The position numbers and the translations under genes are program-made. Shown piece after piece: positions 53,174 through 61,631 of a stretch of 64,000 bases of DNA. Source of the stretch: Alphaproteobacteria bacterium (GTDB lineage: Bacteria; Pseudomonadota; Alphaproteobacteria; GCA-2731375); contig CBDDBZ010000036.1 of NCBI GenBank assembly GCA_965225945.1, positions 256,001-320,000 of the forward strand, written 5' to 3'. Each line of letters starts with the position of its first letter. Position 1 is the first letter of the stretch. The notes under the pieces were generated by a model. The model saw only the letters and a list, made by a program, of their open reading frames with translations, made no database searches and had not been told where the DNA came from.

Positions 53174-53348
53174 GGTCGACCTCAGGGCTCTGGGCGCGGG
53201 GACGGCGGGCGTCGCGCAGCGGTGGGGAGAGGCTGTGGCGTTCGCCCGTCGGGTCGCCACGATCCCGCCGAAGTATCATTAGATAGTCGTTTATTTTCAG
53301 TTCGTTAATGGCGTTTCTTCGTTCGCAAATCCGGGGCGAGTTGCGCGC

Positions 53349-54998
53349 TTACGATCCTATGTTCCGGAGCTCCGCCTTGGCGGCGAGATAGGCCGGAAGC
53401 GTCTTCAGATCGATCGCGACGGCGGCGCGGAAATGCGCCGCCGCTGCCGCGCTGTCGCCGTTCACGAGCGCGTGTTGACCGACATAGAAGTTGGCCTCGG
53501 TTTGCTGTCGGCGACGGGCCGTCTCGTCGCCGTTCTCCGCCTGTGCCCGAACCCGCCCCTCGCCCGCCTGGCCGAGATAGAGTGCCACCACCGCCTCCGG
53601 CCAGCCGGTTCGATCCGCCACCCGCCCGACGGTTCGCGACAGCCGCTGGCGACCCTCGAGACCGGAGCGGGTCTCCGCGAGATAGAGCCAGAGCATGGCG
53701 TCGACGTTTCTGGGCTCTTGCCGCAGGGCCTTGGCCAAATCAGGCATCGCGGCTGCGTGCAGCCCGGCCCGGAAGCGTGCCATGCCCCGCCCGCTCAGCG
53801 CCGCGAAATTTCGCTTGTCGCGCGCCAAGGCCTGATCGAAGTCTTGGATCGCCCGTGCGTCGTCCCCCAGCACGGCGAAAGCGAGGCCGCGGGTCGTATA
53901 ATTGCGGGGATCCTCCCCATCCGAGGCGATCGCCTTGTTGAGGCTGCGAATGGCGCCCCGGTAATCGCCGGCGCCGACCCGGAGATGGCCCTGAATGCGC
54001 CGCGCCACGGCGTTCTCCGGCCGGCTCGCCAGGATCGGATCGATATCGCGCGCCGCGCCCTCCAGATCGCCCCGGCGCTCATAAGCCAACGCGCGGGCGA
54101 TACGGGATTCGACATCATCCGGCAGGGCGGCGATGACGGTATTTAGATCTCGGATCGCCGCCTCGTCATCTCCGGCCGCGATCAGCAGTTTGGACCTGAC
54201 GGCGAAGCCGTCCGTGAAGTCGGGGCTGAGCGTCAGCAGTTTGTCGAGATCATTCATCGCCTCCTTCGTCCGGCCTTCGCCCAGCAACAGGTTGGCGCGG
54301 TTCAGATAGGCCTCGGCGTAGTCGGAATTGATTGCGATGGCGTAGGTGAAATCCTCGAGGGCGCTCTTCTTGTCGCCCAACGCCACCTGCAGCAGACCGC
54401 GATAATTGTAGGCGTCCGCGCGCCCGGGCGCGAGCCGCACGACTTGTTCGAAATCGGAACTGGCAAGGCTGAATTCGCGCATTTTCTGATAGGCGATCGC
54501 GCGGCCGAAATAGCTGTCCGCGATCTCCGGCCGGGCGAGGATCGCCTTGCCGTAGTCGTTGATGGCGTGCTGCAGATAGCCGAGGCGGACGTAGGATCGC
54601 GCCCGACCGTGATATGCCGGGGCAAATTTCGGCTTGAGTTTCAGGGTGACGGCGAAGTCGCGCGCCGCATCGGCGTCGCGGCCCAGGTCCTGGTTCGCCA
54701 GCGCGCGGTTGAAGTAGGCGCTGGTCAGCCGAGGCGACAGCTTGATCGCTTGGCCGTAGTCGCGAACCGCCTCTTTCGCGCGCCCCAAGGCGCGGAGCGC
54801 AAGCCCCCGATTGACGAACGAGACCGCCCTGTTGGCGTCGTTCAATTCCTCCGACGCGATCGCCCGCGTGCAGACCGCGACACGTGCGCTCTGGTCCTTG
54901 CTCTCGAAGCAAAGCCGGGCGTCATCCCCCGCCGACTGTGCCATGGCCGTCGACGAGGCGATCGTCGCGATCAAGGCATATGCACAATATTGCCGCAT
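53349..54998 (-). CDS. Exported tetratricopeptide-repeat protein (NlpI-like C-terminus)
   Basis: Signal peptide; repeated AYFNRA/AYNYRG TPR units; LWLYLA...WPEAVVALYLG. Confidence 0.88.
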   Translation of the reverse strand: MRQYCAYALIATIASSTAMAQSAGDDARLCFESKDQSARVAVCTRAIASEELNDANRAVSFVNRGLALRALGRAKEAVRDYGQAIKLSPRLTSAYFNRALANQDLGRDADAARDFAVTLKLKPKFAPAYHGRARSYVRLGYLQHAINDYGKAILARPEIADSYFGRAIAYQKMREFSLASSDFEQVVRLAPGRADAYNYRGLLQVALGDKKSALEDFTYAIAINSDYAEAYLNRANLLLGEGRTKEAMNDLDKLLTLSPDFTDGFAVRSKLLIAAGDDEAAIRDLNTVIAALPDDVESRIARALAYERRGDLEGAARDIDPILASRPENAVARRIQGHLRVGAGDYRGAIRSLNKAIASDGEDPRNYTTRGLAFAVLGDDARAIQDFDQALARDKRNFAALSGRGMARFRAGLHAAAMPDLAKALRQEPRNVDAMLWLYLAETRSGLEGRQRLSRTVGRVADRTGWPEAVVALYLGQAGEGRVRAQAENGDETARRRQQTEANFYVGQHALVNGDSAAAAAHFRAAVAIDLKTLPAYLAAKAELRNIGS

Positions 54999-55141
54999 CC
55001 CCCTGCCTCCCTGCAGCGCACGAACCCGTCAAGCTCCACCCACGACGGGTTTGCAAGGTAGTATGCGGGAAGCCGGGATGACGGGCAACGCCACCGAAAA
55101 ACCTTTTCGGTGCGTGGCAATATGGTCGCGCCCCCGGGCAG

Positions 55142-55303
55142 CGTCGGAGCGGATATCGGCGCCTTCCATCGGCGTCACCAGGGCGACTGCGCCAGGGTGA
55201 CGCCGGTTGCCTTGCGACGCGTCGTCGGAGCGGATATCGGCGCCTTCCATCGGCGTCACCAGGGCGACTGCGCCAGGGTGACGCCGGTTGTCTTGCGACG
55301 CGT
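55142..55303. repeat. 81-bp tandem duplication, each unit containing a hairpin
   Basis: Units 55142-55222 and 55223-55303 differ at one base; internal cggcgtcacc...ggtgacgccg stem. Confidence 0.9.
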
Positions 55304-55416
55304 CGTCGGCCTCGGATGGTCGGCGGCGGGTCGCGATATTCGAGAGGCGCGATGCGCCGGCGACGTTGATCGCCATCGAGGCATCTGAGACAGTGGCCGC
55401 GCAACCGAGGCGCGGC

Positions 55417-56580
55417 GTGAAACCAGCCAACGACATTCTCTCTGGTTACGGCACCACCGTCTTCGAGGTCATGTCCCGCCTCGCGGTGGAGCATGGGACG
55501 ATCAACCTCGGCCAGGGCTTTCCCGACGAGGAGGGCCCGGACAGCATGAAGCGGGTCGCCGACGAGGCGACGCGCGAGGCCTCCAACCAGTACCCGCCAA
55601 TGATGGGTATACCGGAGCTGCGCCAGGCGGTGGCGCGCCACGACAAGCGCTTCCACGACATCGATCTCGATTGGCGGCGCGAGGTGATGGTGACCTCGGG
55701 CGCCACCGAGGCGCTGGCCGCCAGCCTGCTGGCGCTGATCAACCCGGGCGACGAGGTGGTGCTGTTCGAGCCGCTCTACGACAGCTACCTGCCGATGGTC
55801 CGCCGGGCGGGCGGCGTGGCGAAACTGGTGCGTCTGTCGCCCCCCGACTGGGTCCTGCCGGAAGCGGAGCTGGCGGCCGCCTTCTCCGAGCGAACCAAGC
55901 TCCTGTTGCTGAACAATCCGATGAACCCCACGGGCAAGGTGTTCACGGCGGGGGAACTCGCCCAGATCGCTGGCCTGCTGCGGCACCACGACGCCTATGG
56001 CGTCTGCGACGAAGTCTACGAGCACCTGGTGCTGGACGACAGGGCCCATGTTCCTCTGCTGACACTCCCCGGCATGCGCGAGCGCTGCATCCGCATCGGT
56101 TCGGCCGGCAAGACCTTCTCGATGACCGGCTGGAAGGTCGGCTACCTCACCGCCGCGCCCGAGTTGCTGGGGGTGATCGCCAAGGCGCACCAGTTCCTGG
56201 TCTTCACCACGCCGCCCAACCTCCAGCGCGCCGTCGCCCACGGTCTCGACCATGAAATCGACTGGTACACCGGCCTCAAAGCTTCGCTCCGGGCCAAGCG
56301 GGATTTCCTGCGCGATTCCCTGGCAGGGATCGGCTTCGAGGTGCTCGAGTGTTCGTCCACTTATTTCATGAATGTCGATTTTCGGCCCCTCGGTTTCGAC
56401 GGCGGCGATGTCGAGTTTTGCCGCCACCTGACGATCGAGGCCGGCGTCACCGTGGTGCCGGTGAGCGCGCTTTACGCCGAACGGGGGGTCGAGCATCTGG
56501 TCCGCTTCTGCTTCTGCAAGCGCGACGAGGTGTTGAGCGCCGCGGTGGAGCGTCTGGAGGCGCATTTCACGACTTCTTGA
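55417..56580 (+). CDS. PLP-dependent aminotransferase (YbdL/kynurenine type)
   Basis: INLGQGFPD, TSGATEA, NNPMNPTG, DEVYE, SAGKTFSMTGWKVG, VRFCFCK. Confidence 0.93.
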   Translation: MKPANDILSGYGTTVFEVMSRLAVEHGTINLGQGFPDEEGPDSMKRVADEATREASNQYPPMMGIPELRQAVARHDKRFHDIDLDWRREVMVTSGATEALAASLLALINPGDEVVLFEPLYDSYLPMVRRAGGVAKLVRLSPPDWVLPEAELAAAFSERTKLLLLNNPMNPTGKVFTAGELAQIAGLLRHHDAYGVCDEVYEHLVLDDRAHVPLLTLPGMRERCIRIGSAGKTFSMTGWKVGYLTAAPELLGVIAKAHQFLVFTTPPNLQRAVAHGLDHEIDWYTGLKASLRAKRDFLRDSLAGIGFEVLECSSTYFMNVDFRPLGFDGGDVEFCRHLTIEAGVTVVPVSALYAERGVEHLVRFCFCKRDEVLSAAVERLEAHFTTS

Positions 56581-56684
56581 CCAGGGCGGCTCCGGCGGTC
56601 GTGGCGCAGCGATTGCCAGAGCCCGCCGCTTGGCGGACAATCGGATCGATCATGAGGTTCGCGTGCCCCCGGCCGCCGACGCCG

Positions 56685-56783
56685 CGACCCGGCCGCCCGC
56701 GAGGTCGCGGGCGCATCCGACCCGGCCGCCCGCGAGGTCGCGGGCGCATCCGACCCGGCCGCCCGCGAGGTCGCGGGCGCATC
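56685..56783. repeat. 33-bp tandem repeat x3 with an internal 8-bp stem
   Basis: cgacccggccgcccgcgaggtcgcgggcgcatc x3, no spacers. Confidence 0.92.
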
Positions 56784-56800
56784 CGAATGGTGAGGTACGC

Positions 56801-57535
56801 ATGACGAATCGATCGAAGCAGACCCCTATCGCGAGCGTGCCCGTCTCGGCCGCCGACGCCACGTTGCCACGCTGGGGCTTCCTGCTGGCGTCGGGCGTCG
56901 CCTTGTTGTCGCTTCTGACGCCCGGCCTCGCCAAGGCCCAGCCGGGCATCGGATCCGTCAGCTACGTCCGGGTCTGGGCCTATGGCTCCAAGAGTGCCGA
57001 CAAATGGCGGGATCTCTTCACCCACGACGCCGTCGTCGCCCAGCAGGGGGTGCGGACTGTCCCGAAGGGCGCCGCCCACATCCGTTTTGTCGACGGCACG
57101 GATCTCCGCATCGGCGGCTCCTCGGAGCTGGTGCTCGACGAGTTCGTCTACGACGCCGCTGGCGGCGCGGGCGCCTTTACCACCAACATGACCAAGGGCA
57201 TCCTGCGCATGGTGACCGGCAAGCTCGCCAAGCAGGGCATCCAGATCAGGACGCCGTCCGCGCTGATCGGCGTGCGCGGCACCGATTTCATCGTCGCCGT
57301 GTTGGCAAGCGGCGCGACCATTGTTTCAGTGCTCGTGGGCTTGGTCGAGGTCACGCCGGCCGCGGGTGGCGATTCCTCTGAGGTCGGTGTCGGATCGACC
57401 GCGACCGTGGCCGTGGGCGCCACCACCGTCACCATCACCACCGCACCGCCACCCGCCGATGACGGCATCGAGGACGACGCCGAACTCCAGCGCGAACTCG
57501 GATGGGACGGCGGCGACGTCGACCACCAAAATTAG
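56801..57535 (+). CDS. FecR-domain exported protein
   Basis: RBS gagg; signal/TM segment; IRFVDGTDLRIG, GILRMVTG, IRTPSALIGVRGTDF. Confidence 0.85.
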   Translation: MTNRSKQTPIASVPVSAADATLPRWGFLLASGVALLSLLTPGLAKAQPGIGSVSYVRVWAYGSKSADKWRDLFTHDAVVAQQGVRTVPKGAAHIRFVDGTDLRIGGSSELVLDEFVYDAAGGAGAFTTNMTKGILRMVTGKLAKQGIQIRTPSALIGVRGTDFIVAVLASGATIVSVLVGLVEVTPAAGGDSSEVGVGSTATVAVGATTVTITTAPPPADDGIEDDAELQRELGWDGGDVDHQN

Positions 57536-57757
57536 GTCGGACGGCGCGGGGCCGGCGGATCGCGTCGCCCTCGGCCCATGGCGGGTCGGTAGTGTCTCAG
57601 TTTGAAAACGACGGGGGTTGACACGCCCTAGGGGCACGGAGCAGGCGAATCACCTCTACGGAGGCTTTGGCTGCCGAGTCAAGGGCTTTCTCAAGATTTT
57701 TATGGGATGTTAGGTTCGGAGTTGATATATATATGACCTGTAGGAACACTGTAGTGG

Positions 57758-57827
57758 CGCTAGTCTCCTCAGTCCCTCTAGGCTCGCGCCATTTGGCGCG
57801 AGCCTAGAGGGACTGAGGAGACTAGCG
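57758..57827. repeat. Perfect 34-bp inverted repeat with a 2-nt loop
   Basis: cgctagtctcctcagtccctctaggctcgcgcca-tt-tggcgcgagcctagagggactgaggagactagcg. Confidence 0.95.
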
Positions 57828-57850
57828 GGTACGCATGTCAAGGAGGACAG

Positions 57851-58069
57851 ATGCCCAGAGGCCCCCGAGGCGAGAGACGACCGGCTGACTTGGTAGCCCG
57901 AGCCGTGATGGTGGCGAAGATCGCCACGGGCGAGATCGCGGAGGAGCTTGTCGAGCCGTCTGGCCGGGTGAAGAGCGGGAAGGCTGGGGGCAGGGCGCGG
58001 GCAGAGGCCCTAACGCCGGAGGACAGAAGCGCCATAGCCAAGAGGGCAGCGGCGGCAAGGTGGGAGTGA
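57851..58069 (+). CDS. Small basic IS-associated protein
   Basis: RBS aggagga; RRPAD..ARAVMVAKIATGE and GGRARAEALTPEDRSAIAKRAAAARW, a motif commonly seen beside IS1/IS1595 transposases. Confidence 0.8.
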   Translation: MPRGPRGERRPADLVARAVMVAKIATGEIAEELVEPSGRVKSGKAGGRARAEALTPEDRSAIAKRAAAARWE

Positions 58070-58074
58070 AGGTC

Positions 58075-58870
58075 ATGGATAATGGAAGCGTCCTGATTCT
58101 CTACAAGTACGTCGATGGCGCCCACTTCTTCATTGGTGGAGACAAGATGTCAGATGGAGTCTGTGTGGCAAACGCTGATATTTATGTTGCATATCACGAG
58201 GTTACCGCGCAGCTAGCCATTCTTGCCAAGGAAAATTTTTACCTTGCCTATCCGGTTATCACCCACACCCACTATATGTATATGCAGGCGAAGGGCCGGC
58301 GCAGGCGCACGTTTAATTCACGTCACGTATTTAACATCGGGGGACGGAACGGGATGAAACGACATCGTCTGAGCGATTGACGGCACTAGTCGAAGAAAGC
58401 GACGCGCTGGCACGAATCCTGTTAGTCTCCTGCGCGTTTTGAGTCGCAGCGAAGACGAAGCGACACGCAAGAACGTGATCCTCAATCCGTTTACTTCATA
58501 TGCGTTCACAGAGCAGAATCCTACAATTCTGGAATATTCCATCGGTGTCGTTCACCTCCGATTTCAGCAATGAAGTGACGGTCCTTTATGCAACGTGGCG
58601 TTTTGCCAAATCCGACTCATTTCGCTAAAGTGTTCGCCTTGCCAAGGCACACTACATATAGTGGGTGTGGGTGATAACCGGATAGGCAAGGAGTGGACTT
58701 TCGAGCCAGAGGTCTCGCCTGAAGAATTAACCGAGTGGGTGCGGGACAGCTCTGCCCGAAAAAGGCAAGCAAAATCCTACCGTTACCACAGGCGCTCGTC
58801 CCCTGGGGTGAGCAGGGGGCGTTGGTCGCCGCTTACGGATGATTGTTGCCAACGAGGATATGGTCGTTAA
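58075..58870 (+). pseudogene. Hypothetical passenger gene interrupted by the nested MITE
   Basis: Removing 58243-58690 joins ...LAKENFY in frame to EWTFEPEVSPEEL... Confidence 0.5.
58242..58691. mobile_element. 450-bp MITE-like element with perfect 39-bp terminal IRs
   Basis: ccttgcctatccggttatcacccacacccactatatgta (58242-58280) and its exact reverse complement (58653-58691). Confidence 0.82.
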
Positions 58871-59093
58871 CAAGATCCTCGCGAGTGGCGCGAAACGGAG
58901 GACTGATCTGGAAACGGATCGGTCCTTTTGCTTTGAAGGGCCAGAGATGGGGCCTGATAGCAAGCCAAAAATATTCTTTATTACCAAGTCGGTAGATGGC
59001 ATTGGGTACACTGTTGGGCAGCTTGAGACCATTGAGGACTCATTGAGAAATCGAGCAATCGATCTCTTCCCTCTCGATCCCCATTTAAACTGA
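58839..59093 (+). CDS. Hypothetical passenger protein (84 aa)
   Basis: Open frame overlapping the upstream ORF; no recognisable domain. Confidence 0.45.
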   Translation: MIVANEDMVVNKILASGAKRRTDLETDRSFCFEGPEMGPDSKPKIFFITKSVDGIGYTVGQLETIEDSLRNRAIDLFPLDPHLN

Positions 59094-59136
59094 AAAAAAT
59101 GCTTGATATTGTGAAATAGATCACTATATCAAGTGC

Positions 59137-60033
59137 ATGAACAGGCTGCCCATTGAGAAACGCGCTCAAATCCTTCATATGCTGGTCGAGGGGTCGTCCA
59201 TGCGGTCGATCTCCCGCGTTGCCGACGTTTCCATCAACGTTGCCGACGTTTCCATCAACACGGTGACGAAGCTCATGGTGGAAGCCGGCGAGGCGTGCGC
59301 CGCATACCATAACGAGCACGTTAGGAACGTGAAGGCGGCTCGCATCCAGTGCGATGAAATCTGGGCCTTTTGCTACGCCAAGCAGAAGAACGTCGCGAAG
59401 GCGAAGCGGGCACCAGAGGATGCTGGCGACGTCTGGACGTGGACGGCGATCGAGGCCGATACCAAGCTTATCGTGTCCTACCTGGTCGGTGGCCGGGACA
59501 GCGAATATGCCAGTGAGTTCATGGACGACGTGGCTGACCGCCTCGCCAACCGGGTCCAGCTAACGACGGATGGGCACGCGGCATACCTCGAGGCCGTCGA
59601 GGGCGCGTTTGGCGCCGGCATCGACTACGCCCAATTGATCAAGCTCTATGGCCAGCCGCCGGAGGGCCAGCGGCGCTACAGCCCGCCGGTCTGCATCGGC
59701 GCCGTCACACGCAACATCGAGGGCAAGCCCGACAGGGATTACGTGAGCACGTCCTATGTCGAGCGCCAGAACCTCAGCATGAGAATGGGCATGCGCCGGT
59801 TCACACGGCTGACGAACGCGTTTTCGAAGAAGATCAACAACCACATTCACATGCTGTCGCTTTACTTCCTGCACTACAATTTCTGCCGGGTCCATAAGAC
59901 GTTGCGCATGTCCCCCGCGATGGCGGCGGGCGTCAGTACCACACTTCACAACATAGAATGGATCGTCGGATTGATCGACGCGCGGGCGCTGAAGCCGGGG
60001 CCGCGCGGGACGTACAAGAAGAGGGTCGCGTGA
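59137..60033 (+). CDS. IS1-family DDE transposase with a 7-aa duplication in the HTH region
   Basis: LVEGSSMRSISR HTH, QCDEIW, LTTDG, TSYVERQN, RRFTRLTNAFSKK; VADVSIN x2. Confidence 0.9.
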   Translation: MNRLPIEKRAQILHMLVEGSSMRSISRVADVSINVADVSINTVTKLMVEAGEACAAYHNEHVRNVKAARIQCDEIWAFCYAKQKNVAKAKRAPEDAGDVWTWTAIEADTKLIVSYLVGGRDSEYASEFMDDVADRLANRVQLTTDGHAAYLEAVEGAFGAGIDYAQLIKLYGQPPEGQRRYSPPVCIGAVTRNIEGKPDRDYVSTSYVERQNLSMRMGMRRFTRLTNAFSKKINNHIHMLSLYFLHYNFCRVHKTLRMSPAMAAGVSTTLHNIEWIVGLIDARALKPGPRGTYKKRVA

Positions 60034-60226
60034 CGAACTGGACTGAGATAGAACCAACTCTCTGGACTGGGATCTCTTATTCTGTTATGCGTGGGACCAG
60101 CGGTCGCCCGCCGCAGGGAAGCCACTCCCTTTGGCGAGCGATCCGACATAGGGTCAGCTTGGTGTTCTCATGTACCACCGCCTGGCCCGGCTTTACGGAC
60201 CTGCTTGGGCCGTGTTCCCTGGTTGG

Positions 60227-60700
60227 CTACACCAGGCTCGAATATGGAGACGCTTCACGCGAATGATCGTCCCCACGAGGTGAAGATTCAGAACCGTCCG
60301 ATGCCTCGGCCTCGGGCGGTTCTTCGTTTTGATCTGAGGCGAATCGGAAGAGACCGGGTTTGATCGCCTCAACATCGCCCGCTTCCTTTGCCATCCAAAT
60401 CAACGACCGCAGTGACGTGTTTTTCAGCGTCACGTCCTTTGCCGCCGCTCCGTCTATCAACTGCTTGTAAGTCATGCCCTCTGGCCCAGCGGCTTTGAGC
60501 AACTCCAATACAACGCTGGCCTGCGATCGCTTTGAATCTGCGATTCGCTTGCGTTCACGCTTCGGCCGGACCTGAGGTTTTGCCTTTTGGTACATCTCCA
60601 ACGCCTCGCGGAGGACATCGATGCGATTCCGTTGGCGTTCGATTAGGGCTTCGCCCTCGGCGATCTCAGCGTTTAGTTGCATCTCGTACGCGTCGAGCAT
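60227..60700 (-). CDS. Coiled-coil + winged-helix-like passenger protein
   Basis: RBS gagg; N-terminal heptad pattern; VLELLKAAGPEGMTYKQL...SLRSLIW...GDV....PGLFRF resembles a wHTH. Confidence 0.6.
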   Translation of the reverse strand: MLDAYEMQLNAEIAEGEALIERQRNRIDVLREALEMYQKAKPQVRPKRERKRIADSKRSQASVVLELLKAAGPEGMTYKQLIDGAAAKDVTLKNTSLRSLIWMAKEAGDVEAIKPGLFRFASDQNEEPPEAEASDGSESSPRGDDHSREASPYSSLV

Positions 60701-61018
60701 GGGTTGCCTCCTCTTCGGAGCGCCACGTTTAAACGGGAATGGACGCGGAGTCCACAGAAATTTTTCACGAACGGACGCTGGCATATCTAGCGATTGGGGA
60801 TGGAGTAGCCGCTAGATTTGGTACAAAAAGCGTTTCCTGAATGGCTGGCTGATGCCGTCTATAGATTACGTGGTTCGAATCGGTCGTCAGAATTCCGAAT
60901 CGCGCGATGAAGCTGTCGATGGCCGCATTGCCCTCTCCTCAAGCCGAGCGGCGGTGGGCCTGAGAATGCCATGCAAGAAAAGAATTCAAACTGAGACACT
61001 ACCGGCGGGTCTGCCGGC

Positions 61019-61047
61019 TTGACGGGCCGGGGCCGATCGCGTATGTG
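61019..61047 (+). promoter_or_regulatory. sigma70-type promoter of tRNA-His
   Basis: TTGACG-N17-TATGTG, 13 bp before the tRNA. Confidence 0.6.
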
Positions 61048-61060
61048 CGGGCCCTCCCGT

Positions 61061-61138
61061 GGCGGGTGTAGCTCAGTCGGTTAGAGCGCCAGATTGTGGA
61101 TCTGGAGGTCGGCGGTTCGATCCCGCTCACTCGCCCCA
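61061..61138 (+). tRNA. trnH: tRNA-His(GTG) with encoded G-1, C73 and CCA
   Basis: Acceptor GCGGGTG/CACTCGC, D arm GCTC/GAGC, anticodon stem CCAGA/TCTGG with loop TTGTGGA, T loop TTCGATC. Confidence 0.97.
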
Positions 61139-61325
61139 AGCTATCCTTTTGAAATCGTTGGGCGAATAGGCGGTTTCGGCGGTTCTCCAGCGTGGAACGT
61201 GGGGGCAGCTTGTCCGATTTTTCGAGTTGGCTGTCGGACGCTCGTCTGATGGACGGACTCGCGCGTTGTCCTGGTGTTCGCCGTCGGCCGCTGGATTGCC
61301 ACGTGACATGGCGACGTCCACCCGC

Positions 61326-61516
61326 GGGTGCGCGGGGGCGTTTCGGCGCTCGGAACTCGTGGTAATCATGTTCCGGAACATCGAATGGCGGGCCGACGGC
61401 ATCGCCATCACCCGCCAGCGGAGCAAAACCAATCAATATGGTGCCGGCCAGCAAGTGGTCATTTCACGGGGTAGGGGAAGCATGTGCCCCATCCAGGCTC
61501 TTGAAGATTGGCTGAG
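61326..61516 (+). pseudogene. Internal fragment of a Cre-like tyrosine recombinase, cut by IS21
   Basis: GAFRRSELV...RSKTNQYGAG...CPIQALEDWL. Confidence 0.8.
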
Positions 61517-61631
61517 TGTGGAACGGCGTGCAAAGTTGACCCCTGTTGAGGGGTGATCGGCGTCCAAATTTGACCCCCTGAGCCTGGCTAGTCCAAGTCA
61601 CCTCGTTTTTGGGCGGACGAGGTGGTGGGGG

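Larger units (their letters stand above)
57588..61003 (+). mobile_element. 3.4-kb IS1-family transporter IS carrying passenger genes
   Basis: Perfect 19-bp IRs ggtagtgtctcagtttgaa / ttcaaactgagacactacc; 8-bp target duplication ggcgggtc (57580-57587, 61004-61011). Confidence 0.92.

Noticed and set aside
56685-56783. 33-bp palindromic repeats as a CRISPR array
   Set aside because: Units are contiguous with no spacers, and no cas genes are in the window
57758-57827. Retron msr-msd or protelomerase site
   Set aside because: No reverse transcriptase or protelomerase gene in the window
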